Assembly (NCBI GenBank): GCA_964362665.1
Contig: CAYIFB010000002.1
Span: 14,404 to 78,403, forward strand
Direction of reading: 5' to 3'
DNA length: 64,000 nucleotides
Origin: an uncultured Gammaproteobacteria bacterium
GTDB lineage: Bacteria > Patescibacteriota > Microgenomatia > 2-02-FULL-39-11
Shown here: one piece after another, positions 1-9,380 of the stretch
Layout of the letters: each line of letters begins with the position of its first letter
How positions within the stretch are numbered: position 1 is the first letter of the stretch
Program-made: the position numbers and the translations under genes
The notes under the pieces: model-generated
The model's database searches: none
What the model saw: only the letters and a program-made list of their open reading frames with translations
Told to the model about the DNA's origin: nothing

Positions 1-6
1 GCCAAA

Positions 7-408
7 ATGGAACAGACAATAGGAGTGGTGTCAATGGATAGATTAAGATTATTTTTGCATGATAAACTTGAGGCATTTGCATCAATTGCCAGAGCTCAAA
101 GTGCAATAAGCGAGATAAAAACTGCTCATGAAACACAAGTGACAGATAGAATGAGGAAAGATGCGGCTTTGATTAGAGAACATCAGGAGGCTATTTCAAA
201 ATGGTTGACCAGAATGTTGAAAGATACAAATAGCCCGGTTCTAACTATTAGAAGACGAGCATGGGGGCAGTTACGAAAATTAGATTTAGCCGCACGACTT
301 CCATTACCAGATGTAGCCAGAATACTAAAAGATATGGGATTTGAAGCTCCAGACATCCATCCGGATAATGGAACCGCTAAAACAGTATTTCCTGAACCCG
401 CCTCTTGA
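7..408 (+). CDS. hypothetical protein (start may lie upstream of window)
   Basis: 133-aa ORF with no motif I recognise. The ORF begins at the window edge. Confidence 0.3.
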   Translation: MEQTIGVVSMDRLRLFLHDKLEAFASIARAQSAISEIKTAHETQVTDRMRKDAALIREHQEAISKWLTRMLKDTNSPVLTIRRRAWGQLRKLDLAARLPLPDVARILKDMGFEAPDIHPDNGTAKTVFPEPAS

Positions 409-460
409 TTCTTCATTTAATATACTTTAATACTAAATACTGTATACTAAGTATTAGATT

Positions 461-1312
461 ATGGCCAAGTTCGTTCCAGACATCAAAACCCAAAGATGGA
501 TTGTAATTGCTCCTTCCCGTGTCGTCCGACCAGACGAACACCGGGATCCGACTCCAAAAAAAGTTTGCGTCTTTTGTTCGCCCAATGAAAATCTTACTCC
601 ACCGGAAGTCATGAGGATAGGGGATGGGGAAAAAGATAAACCGGGCTGGAAAGTGAGAGTTGTGCCCAATAAATTTCCAATTACCGACATCCATGAAGTT
701 ATTATTCATAGTCCAAATCACGACCAGGATGTTGCAGATTTAAGCTTGGAACAAGTGACTTTGTTAGTATCAGTCTACCGTTCACGCTTCCAATTTCACC
801 AGCAGAACGGTCAGGTGATGATTTTTTCCAATCACGGAGAACACGCCGGTGCCTCTCTTACCCATCCGCATTCCCAACTGGTAGTTATTCCGAGGCAAAT
901 TAATCTTGACGCATTGGTCCGTGAGCCGTTTATGAATATCGTCGAGGATAATAAATTTTTTGTCACCTATTGCCCTGATTTTTCCCAGTGGCCTTATGAG
1001 GTTTGGATCGCTCCCAAAAAGACAGGTACTAATTTTGGTAATATCAGTGATGAGGAGTTGAAAGATTTGGCGAGGGTCTGGCAGAATTCTCTCAAAAGAC
1101 TGGCGGTAAAATATAAAGATGCCTCGGTCAACAAAATTTATCCCGAACTGCCATTTGCTTATAATTTTTATATCCACCACGGGACTGACTGGTTTATCAG
1201 GATAATTCCCCGGTTAATTCACCGGGCCGGATTTGAGCTGGGGACAGGACTTAATGTCAACATTGTTGATCCGACAGTTGCCGCAGAAGAGTTGAAGGCA
1301 ATAAATTTATAA
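461..1312 (+). CDS. galactose-1-phosphate uridylyltransferase (GalT/HIT-like) family protein
   Basis: N-terminal C-x-F-C-x-P-N-E zinc motif, as in GalT 'CxxCPGN'. HPHSQ matches the GalT active-site HPH(G)Q. Length 283 aa. Confidence 0.55.
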   Translation: MAKFVPDIKTQRWIVIAPSRVVRPDEHRDPTPKKVCVFCSPNENLTPPEVMRIGDGEKDKPGWKVRVVPNKFPITDIHEVIIHSPNHDQDVADLSLEQVTLLVSVYRSRFQFHQQNGQVMIFSNHGEHAGASLTHPHSQLVVIPRQINLDALVREPFMNIVEDNKFFVTYCPDFSQWPYEVWIAPKKTGTNFGNISDEELKDLARVWQNSLKRLAVKYKDASVNKIYPELPFAYNFYIHHGTDWFIRIIPRLIHRAGFELGTGLNVNIVDPTVAAEELKAINL

Positions 1313-1318
1313 TTTATA

Positions 1319-1522
1319 TTAGATAGCAGTGCTTTTCTGCTGCAGTCCCAATAGCCACATGACAGCCTCTTTTTTATACCTTCTGTCACCGCGGGAATTG
1401 ATCCTGATCGCGGGAAGTTTTCCCCTTTTGCCCCATCTTTTGATGGTCAGAGGGGAGACTCTTAAAATTTTAGCAACCTCACGTACCGTGAGAAGTTCAG
1501 GCCATTCATCACCAAATGCCAT
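1319..1522 (-). CDS. small HTH DNA-binding protein (excisionase/MerR-like HTH_17 type)
   Basis: Contains 'LTVREVAKILRVSPLTIKRW' helix-turn-helix. 67 aa. Confidence 0.5.
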   Translation of the reverse strand: MAFGDEWPELLTVREVAKILRVSPLTIKRWGKRGKLPAIRINSRGDRRYKKEAVMWLLGLQQKSTAI

Positions 1523-1737
1523 ATTTTAGTATTAAGTATTATGTATTAAGTATTAAGTATGAAACTTAATGCTTGATAAAATACTTAGCCCTCGAATGTC
1601 CAAACTGTCTGTTTGCAGTTAAGTCAGGAAACTTTTATAAACTCACGGGCAGACAATGGACAGTTAATATCAATACGGTACGTAATGTAACACAAGTATT
1701 TTAACGTTGTCAATAGAGATCAAAGGAGTGCAGAGTA

Positions 1738-2127
1738 TTACTTTAATTCTACCCCTGCTCCAGCTGTAGTTAGTTTGGTTTTCGCCTCTTCCGCTGTTTT
1801 CTTATTGACTCCTGTTAATACGTCTTTAGGTGCTGACTCAACCAGTGTTTTGGCTTCCTGAAGACCGAGTGTGGGAACCAGTTCCCGTACAGCTTTAATG
1901 ACGGAAATTTTATTGGCTCCGGCATTGGTTAAAACCACATTGAAGGTGGTTTGTTCCGGGGCTTTTTCTCCTTCTTCTGCTGCACCTCCCTGTGCTGGCG
2001 CTGCAACTGCCATCGGGGCTGCTGACACGCCAAATTTTTCCTCAAGTGCTTTTACTAAATCCGCGAGTTCCAAAACGGACATTTCTTCAACTGCTTTTAA
2101 GATGTCGTCTTTGCTTAATTTTGCCAT
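1738..2127 (-). CDS. rplL: 50S ribosomal protein L7/L12
   Basis: N-terminus [34 protein letters not shown]. Ala/Pro-rich hinge and a conserved C-terminal domain. Located immediately downstream of rplJ. Confidence 0.95.
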   Translation of the reverse strand: MAKLSKDDILKAVEEMSVLELADLVKALEEKFGVSAAPMAVAAPAQGGAAEEGEKAPEQTTFNVVLTNAGANKISVIKAVRELVPTLGLQEAKTLVESAPKDVLTGVNKKTAEEAKTKLTTAGAGVELK

Positions 2128-2186
2128 AATGTAATAGTGTCACCGCCTTTCATTAGAAATTGTTAGCGAATTTATGAGCTTACAAT

Positions 2187-2261
2187 TTCTTGTGTCCTCC
2201 TAAGATCGCTCCGTGAGCCGCGCTACGAATAGTAGGTAAGGCGAACGGTAAGATCAGGAGG
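2187..2261 (-). promoter_or_regulatory. conserved structured leader element in rplJ-rplL spacer (copy 1); possible ribosomal-protein-binding RNA motif
   Basis: An ~75 nt block matches 29853..29938 (plus strand) nearly base-for-base when both are read in the sense of the downstream gene. The central core is identical and the flanking inner helix covaries. Confidence 0.4.
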
Positions 2262-2275
2262 ATTTGTTTCCTTTC

Positions 2276-2824
2276 TTACTTTTTCTTTTCTTTAATATTA
2301 TTTAGAGCAACAACCACTCTCTGCAGATTCCAATTTAAAGCATAATGCAGGCCGTAAAGAGGTGATTTCATTCTCATAGCCAAGGTTGCTAAAAGGATTT
2401 CGCGGTTTGCTAGGACCGATAATTTTTTAAAATCTTCATTTGTAGCGATTCTTTCGTCAAAAAAACCGATTTTGATTTTGGGAAGCTGAAAATTTTTAAT
2501 AAATTTTGCTACCGCTTTGACAGCATTGACAGTGTCTCCATGAATCAGAAGTGCAGCTGTAGGATTATTGAGTTCTCCTTCCAGTTGAGGGAGAGATTCT
2601 TTCGGAAGCTGTTGGATGGCCAGTTTAAGCAAAGTATTTTTCGCGACAATATATTCAGCCTCAACTTTTTTCAAAGCTTTTCGCAGTTCTTCCAGCTGTT
2701 TGTGGGTAAGCCCTCTGTAATCAGTGAAAAAAAAGGCTTTGGCTGTCTTCAATTTTTCCTGAAGTGACGAGATAGCCTCAATTTTTCTTTGTCTGTTTGG
2801 TGATGTTTTTGCTACTTTATCCAT
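2276..2824 (-). CDS. rplJ: 50S ribosomal protein L10
   Basis: L10 signature FFFTDYRGLTHKQLEELRKALK. The start is trimmed to MDKVAK (ATG at 2824) rather than the 216-aa ORF start at 2926. Located upstream of rplL. Confidence 0.85.
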   Translation of the reverse strand: MDKVAKTSPNRQRKIEAISSLQEKLKTAKAFFFTDYRGLTHKQLEELRKALKKVEAEYIVAKNTLLKLAIQQLPKESLPQLEGELNNPTAALLIHGDTVNAVKAVAKFIKNFQLPKIKIGFFDERIATNEDFKKLSVLANREILLATLAMRMKSPLYGLHYALNWNLQRVVVALNNIKEKKK

Positions 2825-2986
2825 AAAAAATGCCTCGATTAACGAGGCGAAAGGATTATATCTAATCTTCTCCTCGGCAGGTCTTAATTTTGCGCCTGCT
2901 GTCTTAGGTAGAAGAAATATTAACACACTCTTTGCGTTGGGTCAAGGGTTTGGAGAAGGGAAGGATTAATGGTAGAATAAAATTCT

Positions 2987-3376
2987 ATGGCGCCTTTAGC
3001 AGCCGATTTACAGCAGAATATTATGGTGACGGTGTACCTTCTTTTTTCCCATAACTATATTGCCTTTGCCTATTTTACCGGTCTGATTATAAGTATTATA
3101 TTATCGATTAAATGGCCGTCACGTTTTTCCACCTATTCTTTTTTAGGTTTTGCGATTCTTCTTTTCTCCTACGAATACGACAAACATATTATTGAAGGTC
3201 TTCGCCAACAGACTTTGAGGTCTCTTATCACCCTGCAGCCTCATCTTCGCTTTCAGAGACTTATCAGCGTAACGATTACTGAGATTCTGCCGATATTATT
3301 TTATATTGCAGGCTGGGCCTTTATCTACCTTGCCATTATCCACGCCGCGAGAAAACTGGGGAAGAAGGAAAAGTAA
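2987..3376 (+). CDS. hypothetical membrane protein
   Basis: 129 aa with three or more hydrophobic segments. Confidence 0.35.
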   Translation: MAPLAADLQQNIMVTVYLLFSHNYIAFAYFTGLIISIILSIKWPSRFSTYSFLGFAILLFSYEYDKHIIEGLRQQTLRSLITLQPHLRFQRLISVTITEILPILFYIAGWAFIYLAIIHAARKLGKKEK

Positions 3377-3490
3377 TACTCCAAACGATATATTCAAAAG
3401 GATAAAATTTAAACCTTCTCATCACCAATGATGTTTTGATAAATACCCTATAGCATGTTATAATCCTCCAGATTATTTGTAATAAATCCT

Positions 3491-5146
3491 ATGCCAGGAA
3501 TAGAAGTACGATCAGGTGACATACAATTAAATATGACAGATGTGGTAAATACTCCCCGATACCGTGCGGTTGGCAATAATTTGATTTTATTACCTAAAAC
3601 ACCATCAAACCCACACTGCGATCGAGTTCTGGATAGAATTGATGCCGCAAGGTTGGAAAGACCTCCGACTCCGGAAGAGTTAGATCAGTTTGGCACGCTT
3701 ATTCAGGTTGCCCCAAATCAACCAACACCCGCATCGCCTGATGAAGATCTTAGAGTCCAATCGATTTATACCGGTTCTGGATGTGGCTTAGTTGGTTTGG
3801 GTACCTTATTTCCGGAACTTCAGGCAGGTCTAAATCATTTTCAAACACTGACAGGTCTACTTTTTCCGTCCCAAGTGGCGTGGAATCATGGGTTAGTTGC
3901 AGAGGTCAATCAGGCAAACATGCTACCTGAAGGGAATCAGGACTTAATTGAAGCATGGCTTGGGGCAATCGAACCAAAAAGAGTTTGGAGTCTAACCCAT
4001 CTTCTAAGCCCGCGCAAACAGGCAAAATCATTGGAAGCTCTAATTTCACCTGAAAGTCGCACCCACAGGCTCGGAATTATTGGCCTTGGAGATATCGGGA
4101 CTTTTGTAGCTTCGATGATAAGACGAGCAGATCGAAAAGATACCCATATTAATGATATTTTTATCGGAGGATCGAGAAATTCCGAAAAAGTTAATGCCCA
4201 ATTGTTGGAATTACAACATATTAATATTGAGGGCGTACAGCAGCCCAATATTCATGCTGTCATGCCGGGGGAAGAGGATACTTTTTTCCGTGAATGCGAT
4301 ATTATTTTGATTCTTATCGCATCTGAGATACCGGCGCCAGGTTCGAGTCAGAATATAGATGTCCGATCAGTGCAATATGCCCGAAATTTGGAAATAATAT
4401 GCGAAATACTTAGTAAAGCTAAAAAACATGAATATGATGGCCAAATTTTGATGGGATCAGATCCGGTGGAGCAATTGACGATGGCGATGTACTTGAATAT
4501 GAAAAGAAACGGTTGGGATATAAACACACACCAGTTTGCCGGTTTCGGAGGAATGATTAATAGATCCAGAGCAAAAGCTGTGGCTGACGAGATGGGTTTA
4601 AATTCCTTTCAAAGAACCGGCAGAACGTACGGACCTCACGGCAAAATGGCGCTTGCTTTTCCCACTCATAATCCTGAAGAATATAATCAACGAGTCGCAG
4701 AATTACTTTCTCTTAGAACAGCACTTGGTAACTACCGGATCAGAGAACAAGGGGAAAAACCATATATCGGTCCTTCCGTGCTCATTTCTGAAGGACTTAC
4801 TAACATGCTCCACGGTGGTTTAAACCTCAGACCGTCCAGCCGCAGGGGTACGATTTACGCCAGTCCGTTTTTACCGGGAGATGATTCAGATGAATTGGGA
4901 GCATTTTTTGGCGCAAGAGTGCAGTATATTCCTGCGCCGGGTGTCTGGACTCCAAGAGTGGATCAACCGTATTTAGAGCAGGTAATGGCTGTATTACGAA
5001 GAGCCCATCAATGGACCTCAATAACCAGTCATCACCCTGATGCGCTTAAACATGATCCTTTTACGGATGGACAAAATAGCCATCCCGCATTTCATCCTTT
5101 TATGATGGAAGAATGGATGAAATTAGTAATGCAGAAAACAGAATGA
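3491..5146 (+). CDS. lactate/malate dehydrogenase family protein with ~190-aa N-terminal extension
   Basis: C-terminal 350 aa follow the LDH/MDH pattern: IGLGDIGT Rossmann motif, ILIASEIPAPGSS...R in place of TAG..RKPG..R, DPVEQLT in place of NPVD, GFGGMINRSR in place of GSGT.LDSAR, and GPHG in place of the catalytic GEHG. This alignment is by eye. Confidence 0.45.
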   Translation: MPGIEVRSGDIQLNMTDVVNTPRYRAVGNNLILLPKTPSNPHCDRVLDRIDAARLERPPTPEELDQFGTLIQVAPNQPTPASPDEDLRVQSIYTGSGCGLVGLGTLFPELQAGLNHFQTLTGLLFPSQVAWNHGLVAEVNQANMLPEGNQDLIEAWLGAIEPKRVWSLTHLLSPRKQAKSLEALISPESRTHRLGIIGLGDIGTFVASMIRRADRKDTHINDIFIGGSRNSEKVNAQLLELQHINIEGVQQPNIHAVMPGEEDTFFRECDIILILIASEIPAPGSSQNIDVRSVQYARNLEIICEILSKAKKHEYDGQILMGSDPVEQLTMAMYLNMKRNGWDINTHQFAGFGGMINRSRAKAVADEMGLNSFQRTGRTYGPHGKMALAFPTHNPEEYNQRVAELLSLRTALGNYRIREQGEKPYIGPSVLISEGLTNMLHGGLNLRPSSRRGTIYASPFLPGDDSDELGAFFGARVQYIPAPGVWTPRVDQPYLEQVMAVLRRAHQWTSITSHHPDALKHDPFTDGQNSHPAFHPFMMEEWMKLVMQKTE

Positions 5147-5168
5147 TTCGTCACTTCAGAGGTTTAGT

Positions 5169-6143
5169 ATGATTACGGAAATTACTCCTCGCATTTTCGG
5201 AAGGACTCTAATTTCTCCTTTTGAGATTATGGGTCAGCGGGAAATTGACCAACTGGATGAACTTTTATTATCCCGTCCCCGCGGTGTTATTATGCTCGAT
5301 TTGGATGGACATTTAATAAACGAAGATCAACGCATAACGGACGGAAGAATCGGGGAATCAATTCAAAAGACTAAAGACGCCGGGTTTTTGGTGTGTCTCA
5401 ATTCAGCCCGACCATCTCAGACACTACGCGAGTGGCAGAGGGTGTTTGGAACGGATGATCCTAATTTTGCTGAATTTGGAGGATTGGTTGATTTTGCAAA
5501 TTTGGGATGGCAATTAGTTTTTCAGGAGAAAGAGTATCAATTTTTTGGCGAAATGAGAAGATCAATTCCAGTTCTTTTAAAGGGTATGCAAGATAAGGGA
5601 TTTTCAAATATCGATTACAGATATTGTGAAGACGAGGAGGCTGCCACGCAACTTCAGCGCCAAACAGATGACCATTCTTGGATTTCATCTCCATATACCC
5701 ATGGAATTTACCTTAATGGCAGGCCAAGATTAAGGTTAGGGTTGCGGGCTTTTAAGATAACTCCTGATGGTCCTTCTTTTGATGAAGGATATACCCAAGC
5801 CGTTTTGGATTTACTGCGGGCTTATGAAAAAGAAAATCCTTTTTATAAACCGTTAGTCTATAATTTTAATCCGCTGGATTATTCTGTATTTATTCACTCA
5901 GGCAAACAAAATAAAACTATTATCTGGAGAATATTATTGTCATATTTAGGAAAAAATGCCTCAACTCGAGAGTTTTATCATTTAGGTGACAGCAGGGTAG
6001 ATAGAATAGAAGTGCCACAAGTAAAATTTTTGACGGTTGGTAATGCTCAGGAAGATATTAAAGGAAAAGCGCACCGTGTTTCACCGCTAGGATTCACACA
6101 AGGTGTGGTGGATAATCTGACCTGGATTAGGGATAACCATTAA
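5169..6143 (+). CDS. HAD-superfamily hydrolase-like protein
   Basis: MLDLDGHLIN matches HAD motif I (DxDG). LVCLNSARP matches motif II. HLGDSRVD matches motif IV. Confidence 0.4.
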   Translation: MITEITPRIFGRTLISPFEIMGQREIDQLDELLLSRPRGVIMLDLDGHLINEDQRITDGRIGESIQKTKDAGFLVCLNSARPSQTLREWQRVFGTDDPNFAEFGGLVDFANLGWQLVFQEKEYQFFGEMRRSIPVLLKGMQDKGFSNIDYRYCEDEEAATQLQRQTDDHSWISSPYTHGIYLNGRPRLRLGLRAFKITPDGPSFDEGYTQAVLDLLRAYEKENPFYKPLVYNFNPLDYSVFIHSGKQNKTIIWRILLSYLGKNASTREFYHLGDSRVDRIEVPQVKFLTVGNAQEDIKGKAHRVSPLGFTQGVVDNLTWIRDNH

Positions 6144-6144
6144 A

Positions 6145-7041
6145 CTAAGACGAGGGAAGAGACATTCTTTTAATATTTCTGTATGTAAGATAATTCAATA
6201 AGGAAGATAATCCGCTTTCTCGGATAATGGAGTCAGACTTTGATGATCCGGGAATTGTTACACCGGCATCTTCCAAATAAGACTTTATGGTTTGCAGTTG
6301 ATCATGAAAGGATAAATAGACTTCAACTTCTCCCCGGTGCCTGGATAAAGCCTGATCCATTTTATGGACAAGCGAAACCGCATAAGCTGTTTTAAGCCCG
6401 TCGCTACCTGGGGTTTGCATGTCGATGACGCTCATATCGGCAAGCATGAGCAATACTCTTTCTATCGTCTTAGAATCACTGTTTAAAAGATGATGTATGC
6501 TATGGGCGACAGTATTGGCGTGTTCCGGAAAACCCCAGACTGTAAGTAATGCAATAGTTTTTAAAATATGATTTCCTTCCATCCTCCTCCAGGGAGATTG
6601 GGAGGGGTATGAATTCGTGTAAGGAGTTAAATCCACTTTATCCAATTCCCATTTTGCAACATCTTCGGAGGTGATTAAATTACCTAAATCATGGGCAAAC
6701 GCAGAAGTAACGAGCAAAGGCTCATCTACAACACTTGAACCGATCGTCGATTGAGATACTTGATTTAGCTGCCTACCAACTTCCGTAGTATAATTACATA
6801 CCAGTAGCGAGTGGCTTAAAAGCGAATGCGGGCCAGCTCTTTCTGCTTCAACCATCCGCTCTACCAGCCCTGACTCTTTTAGTTTCTGGGTTAACCGCAA
6901 TGAACTTTCAAAAGATGGGAAGGCAGGTTGGCACTCTTCATTGATATATCTTTCCAAACCTGTAACAATACCTACCCCGGTTACCTGACTAAGATGGTCA
7001 ATATTTAAGCTTCTAAGAAGTCCTAATCGTTCTACAGTCAT
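6145..7041 (-). CDS. HD-domain phosphohydrolase-like protein
   Basis: H...AFAHDLG pattern in the N-terminal half resembles the metal-binding H..HD motif. Confidence 0.4.
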   Translation of the reverse strand: MTVERLGLLRSLNIDHLSQVTGVGIVTGLERYINEECQPAFPSFESSLRLTQKLKESGLVERMVEAERAGPHSLLSHSLLVCNYTTEVGRQLNQVSQSTIGSSVVDEPLLVTSAFAHDLGNLITSEDVAKWELDKVDLTPYTNSYPSQSPWRRMEGNHILKTIALLTVWGFPEHANTVAHSIHHLLNSDSKTIERVLLMLADMSVIDMQTPGSDGLKTAYAVSLVHKMDQALSRHRGEVEVYLSFHDQLQTIKSYLEDAGVTIPGSSKSDSIIRESGLSSLLNYLTYRNIKRMSLPSS

Positions 7042-7090
7042 ATTAATTAATATGGAAAGTTCATTATAATAGCATAAAGAAGCCGCAAAA

Positions 7091-7118
7091 TAAAAAAAGT
7101 TGAAGTTGTAATCAACTA
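7091..7118 (-). terminator. rho-independent terminator of rplA (overlaps stop codon)
   Basis: Minus-strand RNA forms AGUUGA-UUACAACU-UCAACU followed by seven U. Confidence 0.45.
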
Positions 7119-7984
7119 AAAAGAACTTTTATCCCCGGACTCATGGTAGATTTGAGGGTAATTTTCTGAATTTTATCCGGTATGATTGATTTTATTAAAG
7201 CTTTGAAATTGTCTTCCAGCTGTTTATCTTTGAAGGATAGTTTACCGATGACTGCATGGATGAGAGGGAATTCAGACTCGGTTTTCCAGTTGACTGATCC
7301 TCCCTGAAATTTTTTGGCTACTTCCTCAGGTTTATCGGAGATGGTACCGTTTTTGGGATTTGGCATAAGGCCTTTGGGGCCTAAAAATTTGGCAACCCTG
7401 GCGAGCTTTCCCATCACAGACGGGTGGGCGATAAGCGTATCGAAATAAATTTTGCCGTTGGTAATATCTTCGACGATTTTATCAATAGTTTTGGTATCGG
7501 CTATTGCTACTTTTACTTCTTTGCCTGTGCCATGAGGAAGCTGGACGTTGCCCCGCAGTCCTTTTTCCACCGTATTGATGTGAAGTTCGACTGTTTCGTC
7601 AAATTTCGCCAATGCTACTTCGCGCAGAAGTATTAACCCGTCGCCAAAAGGGTAAAGTTTGTTATGATCAACCTTCATCAAAGCCTGTTTGTACACTTTA
7701 CTGCGATTGCGAGCTCTGGATTTTTTGGATTTTTCTTCCTCTTTCCCGGGATGAATTCCTTCAGATTGGTCTTTTTCTACAGTCTCGGCGAGTTTGGCAA
7801 GCTTTGAGATTTCCTCTTCAGATTCTGCTCCCACAGACTTTACTCTTTGTCCGCCTTTCATGCCCGGGACATGGACTTTTTGGGAAAGTTCGCGCTTTTT
7901 CTTTTCCTCACGCTTGACGCGCTGCTTATCCTTCAAAGCTGCTTCTTCATCACTTCCTAGTGCTGCAATTTTTATTTTTCCCAT
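7112..7984 (-). CDS. rplA: 50S ribosomal protein L1 with ~75-aa Lys/Glu-rich N-terminal extension
   Basis: C-terminal ~215 aa are canonical L1 (KVDHNKLYP..., PHGTGKEVKVAIA, LGPKGLMPNPK). The start codon sits 2 nt after the rplK stop. Confidence 0.85.
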   Translation of the reverse strand: MGKIKIAALGSDEEAALKDKQRVKREEKKKRELSQKVHVPGMKGGQRVKSVGAESEEEISKLAKLAETVEKDQSEGIHPGKEEEKSKKSRARNRSKVYKQALMKVDHNKLYPFGDGLILLREVALAKFDETVELHINTVEKGLRGNVQLPHGTGKEVKVAIADTKTIDKIVEDITNGKIYFDTLIAHPSVMGKLARVAKFLGPKGLMPNPKNGTISDKPEEVAKKFQGGSVNWKTESEFPLIHAVIGKLSFKDKQLEDNFKALIKSIIPDKIQKITLKSTMSPGIKVLFS

Positions 7985-7985
7985 A

Positions 7986-8411
7986 TTATTCTACCTTTAC
8001 TCCCATCGATCTGGCTGTGCCCGCAACGATTTTCATGGCTGCCTCGACATTATCGCAATTGAGGTCTTCCATCTTATCCTTGGCAATAGTCTCGACGTCT
8101 GATTTTTTTAAAGTTCCGGCTGACTCTTTACCGGTTTTACCAGATCCTTTTTCCAATCCCAATTTTTTTTTGATAAGTTCCGCGACAGGCGGAAGCTTGG
8201 TAATGAAAGAGAAAGTCCTGTCTACATAAACTGTGATGACAGCCGGAATCACCTGTCCTTTTTTATCGGCTGTTTTTTCATTGTAGGCACGGACAAAATC
8301 CATGATAGGCAGGCCATGCTGGCCAAGTGCCGGACCAACCGGAGGAGCGGGAGTGGCTTCGCCTGCTTTTAAATTTAGCTTAATGACTGTTTTGACTTTT
8401 TTGGCTACCAT
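7986..8411 (-). CDS. rplK: 50S ribosomal protein L11
   Basis: [33 protein letters not shown] is the L11 signature. Start trimmed to the internal ATG at 8411. Confidence 0.9.
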   Translation of the reverse strand: MVAKKVKTVIKLNLKAGEATPAPPVGPALGQHGLPIMDFVRAYNEKTADKKGQVIPAVITVYVDRTFSFITKLPPVAELIKKKLGLEKGSGKTGKESAGTLKKSDVETIAKDKMEDLNCDNVEAAMKIVAGTARSMGVKVE

Positions 8412-8702
8412 TTTTGAGTATAAAGTATTTAGTATTAAGTATTTTGGGAAGGAGAATGGAGAATTGAAGAAATTAAAATAAATCACCAATTCGGCATTCC
8501 GCCTCCCTTATTCCGATCCAATCGAAACAGGTAAAAGTAGTTTAACATTTCAAAAAGCACTTGTAAAGGTATAATTCAAGGCTAATTAATTATAGGCTTA
8601 GGATAACTTATCCACATAGAAACCTATAGTAGTAGTCATAATAATAATTATAGGCTTATGAATCAGAGAAATTATACAGGAGGTGAATTTAATCTATTGA
8701 AA

Positions 8703-9299
8703 TTACCCTCTTCTGAATCCTTTGGTAGGGGAAGGATTAAGGCGGGCTTGAGTATTTGTCTGCATAGTTCGATCGTTTCGATAGCCATGCGGATTTGGTG
8801 CTGGTGGGGTTGGGAATTGAGATCTAATTTTATCTCTAGCTTTAGCGACGCTTTCTCTATCCAATTCAGCAACAGTACCGGCAAACCATCTGGGATACCA
8901 GCCTTGAGAAGCTCCTTGTTCTCCTGCATACAAGCCAGCAACTGATACTCCGCTTGGATGCGTAGCGTCATCGCTTGGTCCATCCAATTCGCCGGTCAAA
9001 GGGCTTACAGCATGCGAATTCATTTGTTTAATGCAATTTGCATCAAGCGCGGCCCGGCGGTCATCTGCTGTTTTACCATCGGGGAGTCTGAATCCGCGCG
9101 CAGCAATCATTTGTTCTGCCTGATCAGTACCATCTCCACAACCCCAAATAATGGCTTGTGTGGCAATAAAAGTTGTAGGATGCATAGTAGGAATAATGTC
9201 AGCTCGAGCCTCAGGTCCACTAAGACTACAAGCGAGATTTGCTCCTTCAAGAAATAAAATTGCGACACCTAATCTGACAGCTGCTGCTCTTTTATTCAT
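8703..9299 (-). CDS. hypothetical secreted/lipoprotein
   Basis: Signal peptide with an LAC lipobox-like motif. No domain I recognise. GC content higher than neighbouring genes. Confidence 0.35.
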   Translation of the reverse strand: MNKRAAAVRLGVAILFLEGANLACSLSGPEARADIIPTMHPTTFIATQAIIWGCGDGTDQAEQMIAARGFRLPDGKTADDRRAALDANCIKQMNSHAVSPLTGELDGPSDDATHPSGVSVAGLYAGEQGASQGWYPRWFAGTVAELDRESVAKARDKIRSQFPTPPAPNPHGYRNDRTMQTNTQARLNPSPTKGFRRG

Positions 9300-9380
9300 T
9301 ATTATAATATACTATAGGTTATAGGAATTGTCAAGTATGAAGCTGAGATCGAGAATTATTGACTTATGGAATGAGGTTAA

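Noticed and set aside
1530-1737. Possible small RNA or terminator in the 200-bp gap between the HTH gene and rplL (long-range GTCCAAACTGTCTG / CAGACAATGGAC pairing)
   Set aside because: The pairing is imperfect. There is no U-tract in the appropriate orientation and no recognisable family, so this is insufficient to call.
1871-2134. Antisense ORFs inside ribosomal and other genes (e.g. 1871..2134 +, 9951..10391 +, 17780..18172, 15197..16013, 44654..45481 +)
   Set aside because: They fully overlap stronger, homology-supported genes on the opposite strand and have low-complexity composition.
2825-2926. 34-codon N-terminal extension of the rplJ ORF
   Set aside because: The L10 homology begins at MDKVAK. 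The extension has no counterpart in L10 proteins.
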